Shown: positions 1-12,090, counted from the stretch's first letter. The stretch: DNA of 64,000 bases from Vulcanimicrobiota bacterium (GCA_003135555.1 PLCF01000014.1:12320-76319); one strand, 5' to 3'. Numbers and translations: made by a program. The notes: a model not told the origin generated them from the sequence alone.

Positions 1-645
1 GACGCCGCCCAGCAATTGCAGTTCGGGCGCCCACGCGGACGCCGTCGTGGTCGTGAAGAGCACCGCGTGGCCACCCTGCGAGTGGCCCATCGCGACCCAG
101 CGCGTCGAAAGCTGCGGCGCGATCTGCCGCGCCGCGCGCACCATGTCGATCGTGTCGCGCGCTTCCGCAACGCCGATCAGATACGGATGCACGCCCGGGG
201 TCCCTTGCCCTTGGTAGTCGGTTTGCAGGACCGCGTACCCCGCCTGGACCGCCTTGTCCAACACCACCTCGATCGGCCCGAGGTAGTCGTGGACGGGCCC
301 GGTCGGCGTGTCCCATGAGGGCGTGCAGGCCGGGGCGTCGCCGGTCGTGCCGTGCGCCCAGCTGATCACCGGCCAGCCGCCGGCCGGTGGCGTCCCGTTG
401 GGAATCGCGACCGTCCCGGATACCGCGCGATCTTTTCCGTCGACCGCGATCGTGTGGTACAGCACCAGCGTGTTCGAGGCCGCGTTCGGGAGCGCCTGAC
501 TGGTCGAGAAGGGCCGGGCCCAGATCACGGTGCCGTGCGGTGCCGAGGGCATCGGGTTCGGGGGCGTATAAAAAGCGGTTCCGGCCGGGCCGGCCGCGAT
601 GGCAGCCGCGACGACCGTCGCTCCAAGGGACGACAATGCAAGCAT
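1..645 (-). CDS. Secretory lipase / alpha-beta hydrolase (LIP-type), runs off the window start
   Basis: Manual translation of the minus strand: MLALSSLGATVVAAAIAAGPAGTAFYTPP...GGWPVISWAHGTTG...QTDYQGQGTPGVHPYL...MGHSQGGHA. Has a GHSQG nucleophile elbow and a signal-like N-terminus; absent from the ORF track because there is no stop in the window. Confidence 0.85.
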   Translation of the reverse strand, partial: MLALSSLGATVVAAAIAAGPAGTAFYTPPNPMPSAPHGTVIWARPFSTSQALPNAASNTLVLYHTIAVDGKDRAVSGTVAIPNGTPPAGGWPVISWAHGTTGDAPACTPSWDTPTGPVHDYLGPIEVVLDKAVQAGYAVLQTDYQGQGTPGVHPYLIGVAEARDTIDMVRAARQIAPQLSTRWVAMGHSQGGHAVLFTTTTASAWAPELQLLGGV

Positions 646-656
646 AGGCGTCTCGA

Positions 657-1631
657 CTACGCCAGGACGCCGGCAAATACCGCCGCGTCGACGTTGCCGC
701 CCGTCAGCACCGCCGCGACCCGCCGGCCCCGCAGAGCCGCGCGCTCCGCGGCGACGGCGGCGACCGCCGCGGCGCCGGCTCCTTCGGCGACGTTGTGGGC
801 GTCGGTGAAGATCCAGCGCATCGCCTCGCGGATCGCGTCGTCGGAGACCATGACGATGCGCGCGGCACCCGCCCGGATGACGCTCAGGGCGGCGTCGTCG
901 GGTGCGCGGACCGCCATCCCGTCGGCGATCGACCGGGCCGCTCCGGTCTCGACGCGTGCGCCGCGGGCGAACGACAGCGCGTAGGCCGGAAAGCGCTCCG
1001 CCGCGACTCCCACGACCTCGGTGCCGAGCCCCAGCAGATCGCGCACCGCGATCGCGCCGCTGATCCCCGAGCCCAGGCCGATCGGAACGTAGACGACGTC
1101 GAAGGCTCCGGCTGCGAACAGTTCGCGCGCGCACGTCGCGACCCCGACGACGAGGTCGCGGTGGTATGACGGCACCAAGTGGGCTCGGTCGTCCCCCGCG
1201 ACGAGCGTTGCCGCATGCGCCAAGGCAGCGTCGAAATCGTCGCCCTGCACGACCAGCTCCGCGCCGAGCGCGCGCATCGCCGCGTTCTTCTCGGGCGAGT
1301 TGCCCTCGGGAACGACGACCGTCACGCGCAACCCGGCACGGGAGCCGGCGAAGGCGATGCTCTGCCCGTGGTTGCCGCGCGTCGCGCACACCAGCCGCGT
1401 CACCCGCGGTTCGCGCGCGCGCAACGCATCGACGTACGTCAGCCCGCCGCGCACCTTGAACGCCCCCAGCGGCGTATGATTCTCGTGCTTGAGCACCACC
1501 TCGACCCCGAGCCGCTCGCACAGCAACGGCCACCGATACGCCGGCGTCGGCGGCACGACGTCGCGAATCAGCACCGCCACAGCATCGATCTCCGCGAGGG
1601 TGAGGTCGAGCGCCGCCGTGCGGGCGATCAT
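657..1631 (-). CDS. PLP-dependent threonine/serine dehydratase family protein
   Basis: LKHENHTPLGAFKVRGG (PLP lysine), TRGNHG, PIGLGSG, C-terminal TGGNVD. Confidence 0.9.
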   Translation of the reverse strand: MIARTAALDLTLAEIDAVAVLIRDVVPPTPAYRWPLLCERLGVEVVLKHENHTPLGAFKVRGGLTYVDALRAREPRVTRLVCATRGNHGQSIAFAGSRAGLRVTVVVPEGNSPEKNAAMRALGAELVVQGDDFDAALAHAATLVAGDDRAHLVPSYHRDLVVGVATCARELFAAGAFDVVYVPIGLGSGISGAIAVRDLLGLGTEVVGVAAERFPAYALSFARGARVETGAARSIADGMAVRAPDDAALSVIRAGAARIVMVSDDAIREAMRWIFTDAHNVAEGAGAAAVAAVAAERAALRGRRVAAVLTGGNVDAAVFAGVLA

Positions 1632-1632
1632 C

Positions 1633-4371
<2,739 letters not shown>

Positions 4372-4529
4372 ATCGGACGGCGTTCGGCGTGCCACGCCTC
4401 CCCCGCTCCCGCGCCGGACGGATTCCGAACCGGCGGGCCCGCAGCCGGGCCTCGAAACGGCTCGGTTGGCCGAATAAACTGCTCGAGCTGCTAGGGGAAG
4501 GCTCCCAGCCAACAGAGTAAGCCCCCCGC

Positions 4530-6092
4530 ATGGACACCTTTCGAGATCGTCTGCGCCTTGCCGTCGTCTTGTGTGTGCTAGCTGCAGCGCCGCTAGCCGG
4601 TTCGACAGTTGTCTCCGCGGCCACGCCGTCGGATCAGATCCAAGCCCGGTTGCATGCGCTCCAGGCCCCCTGCGACCGGGCGGTCGCGTCCGTTCGGGTG
4701 GCCTCCGATGCGCTGCCGCGGGCCGAGGCCGGGGCGTCCGCCTCGAGCGCCTATCACGCCAAGGAGCTCATCCGACGCGCCCGCGACGCGAACGCGCAGT
4801 GTCCCGGCAAGCTCAGCGGGCACGAACAGCAGTTGCTCACGGAACGCGCGCTGGTAGATCAGGCCTACCTCAGATCGCTCTACCAAACGCACGATGCCAA
4901 CGCGCTCGTGCTGACCTCCTTGGACATCCAGGCGAACGTGATCCTACGCGATGCCGGCGCCCCGTCATACGGCACGACGTCGTTCGCGTCGGCCGACAGG
5001 CAACTGGCGAGCTGCCGCGACAACACCCGTCTGGAAGCGCGCTTCCGCGAGATCTGCAAGTGGCAGCTCGCGGACAACGTACAGACCGAGCAGCACACCG
5101 GCGCGACGGACCCGCGCGGCGCCTGCGCCCGCGCGACGAAATTTGCCGACGAGGCCGGCAAAGCGCTGCCGGCCGATATCGAATCGGCATACGACAAAGC
5201 GCACGACGGCCTGGACGAGAACAAACGCTGCACCGCGCGCCAAGACGTGCACGACGTCAACCAAGCGTACTTGCTGTCCTGGAAAGCGGCGGCGGATCTG
5301 CAGTTGGACATCCCAGTCAAGGACGACTCCGACATCATGCGGGATCCGCGCGACCCGGGGAACACCTCGCCGTTTGCGCTCTCGAACCGTGAGCTGCGAG
5401 CGTGCCACGATCGCACCGGCAGCGACCGCGGCCTGACGGCCGAGGTCGCCGACCACTGCGCCAAGCAGCTCGAAACCAACGCGCGGCTCGAGCGGGAATA
5501 CCTGAACGTCGAGGTCCCGCCGTCGAGTCTGGCCAAGCCCGGTTGGCAGTTGTTGACGCCGGCGCCGATCGATCCCGCAGCGTACACGGTCCGGCCGGAG
5601 TCGCAGTTCGACTGGACCAAGCCGGTGGGCGGTGAGAACGAGAAGTTTTCCGTCGAGCTGGTTCGCGACGGATCGCTGTGGCAAGATCCTGGAAGCGCGG
5701 TCGTCCGCGCCACGCCGCAGCCGTGGGTGCTGTTCGGTGCAGTGCGGACCTGGCCGGAGTTCAATGCCATGTTCGCGGCGACCGGGGCAACAACGCCGGT
5801 GACGGCCGATTTCTTCAAGACCCAGATGCTCGTGGTCGCCGTCCAGCGCAAGCCGCGCCAGCACTGCAGGTTCGACTCGGTCGACGCGTACTCGGTACCG
5901 GGCGCCACCGCGACGGTCGTGCCGGCGCTGCGCATCTACTACCGCTACCGCTGCGATCGGCCCAGCCGCATCGCCGCGGGCCAGCCGGGCTACGGTGGCG
6001 AGGCCGCGGTGGCCAACATCTTGGCGCTGCCGCGCAATGCCAGCGGCTCCGTCACGTTCCTCGAGAACGGCGCTTCGATCGTCCGGCTGTGA
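4530..6092 (+). CDS. Secreted hypothetical protein with two 4-Cys helical repeats and a C-terminal beta-rich domain
   Basis: Signal peptide-like N-terminus; internal repeat (DQAYLRS / NQAYLLS); GTGA overlap with the next gene. Confidence 0.7.
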   Translation: MDTFRDRLRLAVVLCVLAAAPLAGSTVVSAATPSDQIQARLHALQAPCDRAVASVRVASDALPRAEAGASASSAYHAKELIRRARDANAQCPGKLSGHEQQLLTERALVDQAYLRSLYQTHDANALVLTSLDIQANVILRDAGAPSYGTTSFASADRQLASCRDNTRLEARFREICKWQLADNVQTEQHTGATDPRGACARATKFADEAGKALPADIESAYDKAHDGLDENKRCTARQDVHDVNQAYLLSWKAAADLQLDIPVKDDSDIMRDPRDPGNTSPFALSNRELRACHDRTGSDRGLTAEVADHCAKQLETNARLEREYLNVEVPPSSLAKPGWQLLTPAPIDPAAYTVRPESQFDWTKPVGGENEKFSVELVRDGSLWQDPGSAVVRATPQPWVLFGAVRTWPEFNAMFAATGATTPVTADFFKTQMLVVAVQRKPRQHCRFDSVDAYSVPGATATVVPALRIYYRYRCDRPSRIAAGQPGYGGEAAVANILALPRNASGSVTFLENGASIVRL

Positions 6093-6595
6093 CCGCGCCG
6101 TCGCACCTTGCGCTGGCCGTTGCCGTCGTGCTCGCGATCGCCGGCGCACTGCCGGCCGCGGCGGCTCCGAGCCCGCCCGAAGCCTGCACGCGTGCGCTGG
6201 CGCTCGAAAAGACGGCGGCAAACGACGCGGTTTCGCGTCAGGCGGCGTACGACGCCGCGGTGGCCGGTCTGGCGGCAAACCAGGGTTGCCCCGACGCGCA
6301 GATGCATCTCGTCAACGAGGCGTATCTGCTCTCGATGCGCGCGCCGGCGGCGCACGATCTGCACATCGGCGATTGGCGGCGCGATCTGACGCGCGCCAAC
6401 GACCTGCTGCTGCAATGCGCGAACTGGCCGGGGCTCAAGGGCACCAAGGCGGGGCAAGACTGCGTCACGCAGCGCCAGTACAATGGAATCATCGCCAAAG
6501 CGTTCACGGCTCCGTCGCCCACGCCCGCGCCCGCACCCCGGGGACCCGCGCCGCCTACGCCGCCGGCGCCCTCTAGCCGGCCGGCGTCTCGCTGA
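6089..6595 (+). CDS. Secreted hypothetical protein, single 4-Cys helical domain with Pro-rich tail
   Basis: GTG at 6089 overlaps the upstream TGA; signal peptide; VNEAYLLS motif matches the upstream gene. Confidence 0.7.
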   Translation: MTAPSHLALAVAVVLAIAGALPAAAAPSPPEACTRALALEKTAANDAVSRQAAYDAAVAGLAANQGCPDAQMHLVNEAYLLSMRAPAAHDLHIGDWRRDLTRANDLLLQCANWPGLKGTKAGQDCVTQRQYNGIIAKAFTAPSPTPAPAPRGPAPPTPPAPSSRPASR

Positions 6596-7787
6596 GGGCG
6601 ACGCGCTCGAAGGTCGTGCGCGGATCCCCGTCGCGGTAGCCCTGCACGCGTAGCACCGACGTGCCGCAGAGCATCTCCCACAAGGGTTCGACGACGAGCT
6701 GACGCCGCCACGAGGTGAGGTTGACGACGTCGCCGAGCGCCTCGGGCGTCTGCGGAGCCTCGCGCGCGATGCGCTCGAGCGCCGCCCGCGGCAGCAACAG
6801 CGTCGTCGGAAGTTCGTTCTCGGCGCCCAGCGCGCTGACCAAGACGGCCATCGTCGAGACGAGGGCTTCGCGTTGCAGCCCGAGCGGCTTGGGTGCCCGC
6901 GGCGGAAGGTCTTCCTCGGGCAGCGCCTCGCCGCGCCGCACCGCCTCGATGATGCGCTCGCCGATGTTGCGGCGGGTCCCGGCGTCGATGCGGCGCAGCT
7001 GCGAGAGCTCGTCGACGGTTTTCGGCCGCAACGCTACCAGTCCGACCATCACGTCGTCGGGCAGCACGTACTTGAGCGGGATGTTGCGCTCCCGCGCGTA
7101 GCGGTCGCGCAGTTGCGCGAGCTCGTTGAGGATGCCCAGCTCGCGGCGGTTCATGCGCGCGTTGCCGGAGATGCGCAGGTACAGCCGCTTGGGATCGGCG
7201 CGATAGGTGTGCAGCTCGACGAGCGACGGCATCTCCTCCTGGGCCCACGACTCGCGACCGCGCGCACGCAACCGTTCGCACAAGCGATCTTCGAGGTCGA
7301 AGAGATAGCGCACGTCGTCGACGAGGTAGTCGACCTGTTTGGGCGTGAACGGGCGCGTGCTCCAATCGCTCACGGTCTGCGACTTGCGCAGGGTGACCCC
7401 GCACAGGTCACGGACCAGGTCCAAGAGCGAGATCGACAGACCGTATCCGGCGAATGCCGCCGCGACTTGGGTATCGAACACCGCGCGCGGCAACGTCTCG
7501 AACGCGTCGGCGAAGATGCGCAAGTCCGAGGACAGCGCGTGCCCGACGATGCGCGCGCCGGCAAGTGCGGCGACGAGCGGTCGCAGGTCGCGCAGCGCCA
7601 GCGGGTCGACCAGCGCCACGCCGTCCTCGAACAGCAGCTGGATCACCATGAGGTGCGGCGTGTACGACTTCTCGGTGTGGAACTCGGTGTCGAGCCCGAC
7701 GCGCTCGGCGCGGGCGATCCGCTCGCTCAGCGCGGCGAGCGCCTCGGCCGTGTCGACCAAGGTGACGGTGTGGTCCGGATGGTTCAC
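6573..7787 (-). CDS. rnd: Ribonuclease D (DEDDy 3'-5' exonuclease with HRDC domain)
   Basis: GLDTEF, VFDTQVAA, SDWSTRP...QVDY..DDVRYL, followed by an HRDC-like region. Confidence 0.92.
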   Translation of the reverse strand: MNHPDHTVTLVDTAEALAALSERIARAERVGLDTEFHTEKSYTPHLMVIQLLFEDGVALVDPLALRDLRPLVAALAGARIVGHALSSDLRIFADAFETLPRAVFDTQVAAAFAGYGLSISLLDLVRDLCGVTLRKSQTVSDWSTRPFTPKQVDYLVDDVRYLFDLEDRLCERLRARGRESWAQEEMPSLVELHTYRADPKRLYLRISGNARMNRRELGILNELAQLRDRYARERNIPLKYVLPDDVMVGLVALRPKTVDELSQLRRIDAGTRRNIGERIIEAVRRGEALPEEDLPPRAPKPLGLQREALVSTMAVLVSALGAENELPTTLLLPRAALERIAREAPQTPEALGDVVNLTSWRRQLVVEPLWEMLCGTSVLRVQGYRDGDPRTTFERVALSETPAG

Positions 7788-8464
7788 TGGCGCACCGTCG
7801 TGGCGCCGCGAGCGGCGCTAGGAATCGGGTGCGGGTGCGGGCGGCGGCGTGGAATGTGAATGTGGTGTCTCTCCGCATAGGACTGCGCCGGTTCGAAGAC
7901 GTGCGCCTCGAGATAGTCCGACGCCACGGTTCCGAACACGGCCAGGACGGTACAGATCGGGATTGCGATCGCGCACATCGTATAGATCTGCCGAAAGATC
8001 GGCACGCGCAACGCCGCGGCCGTCTGGGTCGCGATCGTTCCGCCCAGCCCCGGGATGATGCGCACGACGATGAGGAACATCGGTGACCCGATTTGGAAGT
8101 GCCGCGCCCAGGTCGGCAAGCGCTCGACGTTTTTCTTCACGTCGAATGCGTCCGACGTGCGCAGCGCGATGACGTAGCCGATCACCGCGGCAAGGACCAG
8201 ACCGACGGCATTGACGACCGAACCCCATACCGGACCGAACAGCACGCCGTTCATGATCGCCAGCGCATCGGTCACCGAGAACGGCGCCGATGCCACGATC
8301 GCGAAGACCAGCACGGCCAACGGCATCGCGAACGGTCCTAGGTCAGCGAGCAGATGCTCGACCCAAGGGCGATGCGAAACGACGATCGCCGCCAACGCGA
8401 ACGACGCAAGCAGGATGCCGACGGCCTCCAGGCGTCGCAGCAGCTGGACAATGCGAGGGCTCAC
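7784..8464 (-). CDS. TVP38/TMEM64 (VTT/DedA) family membrane protein
   Basis: Hydrophobic helices, GVLFGPVWG, RIIPG; His/Pro-rich tail; start position uncertain. Confidence 0.75.
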   Translation of the reverse strand: MSPRIVQLLRRLEAVGILLASFALAAIVVSHRPWVEHLLADLGPFAMPLAVLVFAIVASAPFSVTDALAIMNGVLFGPVWGSVVNAVGLVLAAVIGYVIALRTSDAFDVKKNVERLPTWARHFQIGSPMFLIVVRIIPGLGGTIATQTAAALRVPIFRQIYTMCAIAIPICTVLAVFGTVASDYLEAHVFEPAQSYAERHHIHIPRRRPHPHPIPSAARGATTVRQ

Positions 8465-8513
8465 CGAGACGCTGTGTTTTGCCGGGTGTGGATAAAGCCC
8501 CCCAAAACCGGGG

Positions 8514-8542
8514 TTGACCCTGTCCTCGCCCGGGAGTACGAT
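8514..8542 (+). promoter_or_regulatory. sigma70-type promoter for the candidate ncRNA
   Basis: TTGACC (8514-8519), 17-nt spacer, TACGAT (8537-8542). Confidence 0.75.
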
Positions 8543-8548
8543 CAACCT

Positions 8549-8812
8549 ACCTCGAGGTACACACATTGACGTACGGGAGGGCGGCTTGACGTCGCAAGAT
8601 CCACCCGGGTCCACGGCACCGTCCGGCTGACTGCGCGCCGGCGGTGACGGAACGACAACCAGTTCTAAGCGCAAATCAAAATCCGAAGGCAGGAGGGCGG
8701 CATCAGCTCGATGACCGAGGATCCACCGAAGGAAGCGACGTCGTAGCGGCCGATTGACCGCGCGACAAGAAAATACAATCGAAGGGCCACGCCGATTCGG
8801 CGTGGCCCTTTC
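8549..8812 (+). ncRNA. Candidate structured non-coding RNA (6S-like rod; family not identified)
   Basis: Lies between the promoter and a terminator with no long ORF; 8580-8595 pairs with 8735-8751 and 8626-8639 pairs with 8696-8707. Confidence 0.55.
8781..8812. terminator. Intrinsic terminator hairpin, probably bidirectional
   Basis: GAAGGGCCACGCCG-ATT-CGGCGTGGCCCTTTC between convergent units. Confidence 0.75.
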
Positions 8813-8835
8813 GTCATTGGGGCAGCGGTGAATCG

Positions 8836-9507
8836 TTAGTGAAACGCGGCCAGCTTGACCGACTTCGCTCCCAGCGCTTGCGCGAGATCGTAGAACGCTT
8901 GGTTCGAGATCTGGTGATAGTTCGCGTCGAGCTTCGCGCCGAATTTTGCATCGATCGCGGCCATCGTCGATTCGTGGATCCCGTGCGTCACGAGATGATC
9001 GAGCATCGTGCCGGTCGCAAAGGCGCCGTTGTTGCCGGGGACGCCGAGTCCGACGAGCCGTGCGGCCAGCGTCTTACCGCTGATGTTCGAGGCGGGAAAC
9101 GTCACGCCGGCCGCCATCGCGGTCGCCGCGGATTGCGTGACGGCGAAGTTCTGCACGGTAATGAAATTGCCGACCGCCGCCTTGCCGTACTGCTTTGTCA
9201 GCTTGTTGACTTCGGCCGTGGTCAAGGCCGGGCCGACCAGCGCGGTCAGTGCGGTGGCGATCGAGAAGTTGGTCGGGCCGCCGCCGGCTTTTACGAGGGA
9301 GATCGTGGCCGCCAGGTCGGGCTTGCCGGTGTAGGCGTAGCCGTCGCCGCCGGGCGGCATGCCGTGCTCGGCGGTCATCGAGCTCATCGAGCCGTGGGTC
9401 ATCGACATCGGCGCCGCCGACGATATCGCCGACTGGGCGAAGGCGGGGGCAAGCGAGAGCGCGGCAAGCGCCGCGCCGGCCGCGACAGCTGTGAATCGGT
9501 TGATCAA
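8836..9507 (-). CDS. Secreted hypothetical protein with Met/His-rich N-terminal segment
   Basis: Signal peptide ending AFA; PMSMTHGSMSSMTAEHGM; GGAG RBS before the TTG start. Confidence 0.75.
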   Translation of the reverse strand: MINRFTAVAAGAALAALSLAPAFAQSAISSAAPMSMTHGSMSSMTAEHGMPPGGDGYAYTGKPDLAATISLVKAGGGPTNFSIATALTALVGPALTTAEVNKLTKQYGKAAVGNFITVQNFAVTQSAATAMAAGVTFPASNISGKTLAARLVGLGVPGNNGAFATGTMLDHLVTHGIHESTMAAIDAKFGAKLDANYHQISNQAFYDLAQALGAKSVKLAAFH

Positions 9508-9570
9508 GTGCTTGTTCTCCAGGAAGGGGTTCGTCCAGATGAACGGCCCCGCCCCAAGGACGGATTGGCC

Positions 9571-9999
9571 TTACTCGACGGCCGCGATCGAACGCCGGTC
9601 GGCGGGATCGTCGCTGGGCGTGCCGGCGAGGAACGCCGCGAGGATCTCGCGGCCGACCGCCGGGCTGGTGGCGCGCAGGCTCAGTGCGAGTACGTTAGCG
9701 TCGTTCCAGCGCCGTGCGCCGTCGGCGGTCGCGGCGTCGGCGCACAGCGCCGCGCGAACGCCGCGCACCTTGTTGGCCGCGATCGAAATCCCCGTGCCGG
9801 TCCAGCAGCACACGATGCCCAGGCCGGCACGTCCCTGTGCCACTTCTGCGCCGACCGCACGCCCGATCGACGCCCACTCTTCGGACCCGTCCGCGCCCAA
9901 GGCGCCGAACCGCACGACCTCGATGGCGCGGCGCTCCAGCTCGTCGAGCAACGCGTCGGTCAGCGGCCCCTGGTCGTCCGATCCGATCGCACAGCGCAT
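9571..9999 (-). CDS. rpiB: Ribose-5-phosphate isomerase B (RpiB/LacA/LacB family)
   Basis: CWTGTGISIAANKVRGVRAALC, ARRWNDANVLAL. Confidence 0.88.
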   Translation of the reverse strand: MRCAIGSDDQGPLTDALLDELERRAIEVVRFGALGADGSEEWASIGRAVGAEVAQGRAGLGIVCCWTGTGISIAANKVRGVRAALCADAATADGARRWNDANVLALSLRATSPAVGREILAAFLAGTPSDDPADRRSIAAVE

Positions 10000-10006
10000 C
10001 GCCGGG

Positions 10007-10420
10007 TTAATGCTGGATCGTGATGTAGTCGGCCTGGAGCGTCCCGTCCGGGTCGGTGTGCCCGTTCACGTCCACCACCGAGCCGACGCCGGGCGTCCCG
10101 CCCCGCGGGCTGATGACCGTGCCCTGGTGCAACTTGACGGTGCGGTAGCAGTTGGTGCCGCACTGCACCTGCATGTCGAAGCGCTTGTAGTACGACACCG
10201 TCCCGCGCGCGTTGTTGCGCGTGTTGATCGCTTCACGCTGCAGAATCTGCGCGCCGACCCCGAGGATCGTCTGAATGATCGCGGAGTTGGGGGTGTTCGG
10301 CGGCAGCGTCGGGACCGCGATCGGGGTCGGCACCGGCACCGGGGTCGACTGCGCCCCCGCGAGTGAGCCGGCACCCAGAGCGAGAACGAGGGCGGACGTG
10401 GCGATCGAAGAGAGACGCAT
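10007..10420 (-). CDS. Secreted hypothetical protein (possible small OB-like beta domain)
   Basis: Signal peptide MRLSSIATSALVLALGAG, PTP linker, C-terminal V.V.G...DGTLQA..I. Confidence 0.65.
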   Translation of the reverse strand: MRLSSIATSALVLALGAGSLAGAQSTPVPVPTPIAVPTLPPNTPNSAIIQTILGVGAQILQREAINTRNNARGTVSYYKRFDMQVQCGTNCYRTVKLHQGTVISPRGGTPGVGSVVDVNGHTDPDGTLQADYITIQH

Positions 10421-10459
10421 TGTAGGGGAGGAACGTGGCGCCGCAGGCACAGGGTTCCG

Positions 10460-11170
10460 GTGACTGAGATCCGGGACGCCTCGACGGTGATCGTCGGACG
10501 CGATACGAGCGAGGGCTTGCAGGTCTTCATGGTCCGGCGCAGCGCGCGGGCCGTCTTCTTGCCCGACCGTTACGTCTTCCCCGGCGGCCGCGTCGACGCC
10601 GCCGACCGCGACGAGGCTGGGCGGCTGCGCGGCTCGGCGGGCGACATCGAAGCCGCCTACGTCATGACCGCGGCACGCGAAACGTTCGAAGAGGTCGGGC
10701 TGCTCTTCGCCGACCGGGGGGTCGACGCGGAAGCGTTGGCCGCCGCGCGCCGCGCGATGGTCACCGGCGAGCTGTCCTTCGGCGGCGTTCTCGAACGCCT
10801 CGACGTTTCGGTGGACGCGTCGCAGCTGCGCTATTTCTCGCGCTGGGTGACGCCGCAGGCCGAGCTCGCCCGGCGCTTCGATACGCGGTTCTTCGTGGCG
10901 CGCGCTCCGCAGGATCAAGTCGCCGAAGCGGACGCGACCGAGGTGAGCGACGGCCGCTGGTTCGGCCCGGCGGAGGCGCTCGCGGCGCAGGCGCGGGGTG
11001 AGATCAACCTGATCTTCCCGACGATCAAACACCTCGAGCGTATCGCGCCGTTCGGCGACGTCGCCGCGCTGCTCGCGTTCGCGCGCACCAAAACGATCAC
11101 CACGGTTACGCCGGAGGTGCAGCCCGGACCCAGCTTCGTGATGATCCCCGAGCTGGAGAACGCATGGTAA
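10460..11170 (+). CDS. NUDIX hydrolase (NUDT19-like)
   Basis: VFPGGRVD...AARETFEEVG, RWVTP...RRFDTRFF. Confidence 0.9.
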   Translation: MTEIRDASTVIVGRDTSEGLQVFMVRRSARAVFLPDRYVFPGGRVDAADRDEAGRLRGSAGDIEAAYVMTAARETFEEVGLLFADRGVDAEALAAARRAMVTGELSFGGVLERLDVSVDASQLRYFSRWVTPQAELARRFDTRFFVARAPQDQVAEADATEVSDGRWFGPAEALAAQARGEINLIFPTIKHLERIAPFGDVAALLAFARTKTITTVTPEVQPGPSFVMIPELENAW

Positions 11171-12090
11171 CGCTCAGTCCGCGCGTCGGCCGGCTGCGCG
11201 CGCGCAACCCCTCGCCGATGACACTGGACGGCACCAACGGCTACGTCGTTCGCGTCGGCCCCCGGGCGCTCGTCGCGATCGATCCGGGGCCGGTCGATGC
11301 CGCGCAGCGCGATGCGTTCCTCGCGGCCGCGCGCGAAGCGAATGCGGCGTATGCGGCGATCCTGGTCACGCACGGGCATCCCGACCACTTTCCGGGCGCC
11401 GCCCCGCTTGCCGCGGCGACCGGCGCGCCGGTGTTCGCGCATCCCGAGGCGCGGTTCCCGCACGACCGTGCGCTCGCCGATGCCGAACGGCTGGCCTTCG
11501 ACGACGCCGCGTTCACCGTGCTGCACGGTCCCGGTCACGCGCGCGATCACCTCATCTTCGTGCTCGACGACGAGCGCGCGCTGTTCACCGGCGACGTAAT
11601 TCTGGGCACCGGCACGGTCGTCGTCGCGCCGCCTGGCGGTGAGATGCGCACCTACCAGCGCACATTGCATCGCCTGCGCGACGAGTACGGCGACGCCAAC
11701 GCGATCTACGGCGGCCACGGCCCCGAGGTGCGCGCCGTGCGGGCGAAGCTGGACGAGTACATATTGCACCGTGAAGCGCGCGAGCGGCAGGTCGTCGACG
11801 CCCTCGCGGGCGGCGGCGCGACGATCCCCGAGCTGGTCGCGCGCATCTACACCGACGTCGATCGACGCCTGTGGCCCGCCGCGGCGCGCCAGGTGCTCGC
11901 ATACCTCATCGCGCTCGAAGCCGAGGCTCGCGTTCGCAGCGAGCGCATCACGCGCGGGCCGACCGCGCAAGAAGCGGCGCTGCTCGACCCCGACCTCTCG
12001 AAGCTCGGCGAGGAGGCAGGCGCCGACGTGATTCGCGCCGAGCTGGGCTACGGGTCGGCAGAACCGTTGTTGCGGTACAGGCTCGCGTGA
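11164..12090 (+). CDS. MBL-fold metallo-hydrolase (LACTB2-like)
   Basis: NPSPMTLDGTN, THGHPDH, PGHARDH, FTGD, GGHG. Confidence 0.9.
   Translation: MVTLSPRVGRLRARNPSPMTLDGTNGYVVRVGPRALVAIDPGPVDAAQRDAFLAAAREANAAYAAILVTHGHPDHFPGAAPLAAATGAPVFAHPEARFPHDRALADAERLAFDDAAFTVLHGPGHARDHLIFVLDDERALFTGDVILGTGTVVVAPPGGEMRTYQRTLHRLRDEYGDANAIYGGHGPEVRAVRAKLDEYILHREARERQVVDALAGGGATIPELVARIYTDVDRRLWPAAARQVLAYLIALEAEARVRSERITRGPTAQEAALLDPDLSKLGEEAGADVIRAELGYGSAEPLLRYRLA

Noticed and set aside
4372..4529. Possible riboswitch in the acnA leader (GTTGGC...GCCAAC pairing)
   Set aside because: Short complementarity in GC-rich DNA with no recognisable aptamer motif.
8716..8740. Similarity of GGATCCACCGAAGGAAGCG to SRP helix 8 or a glycine riboswitch
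   Set aside because: It lacks the CAGG...GNRA...AGCAG geometry of SRP and the CUCUCAGG of glycine aptamers, and there is no downstream gene to regulate.
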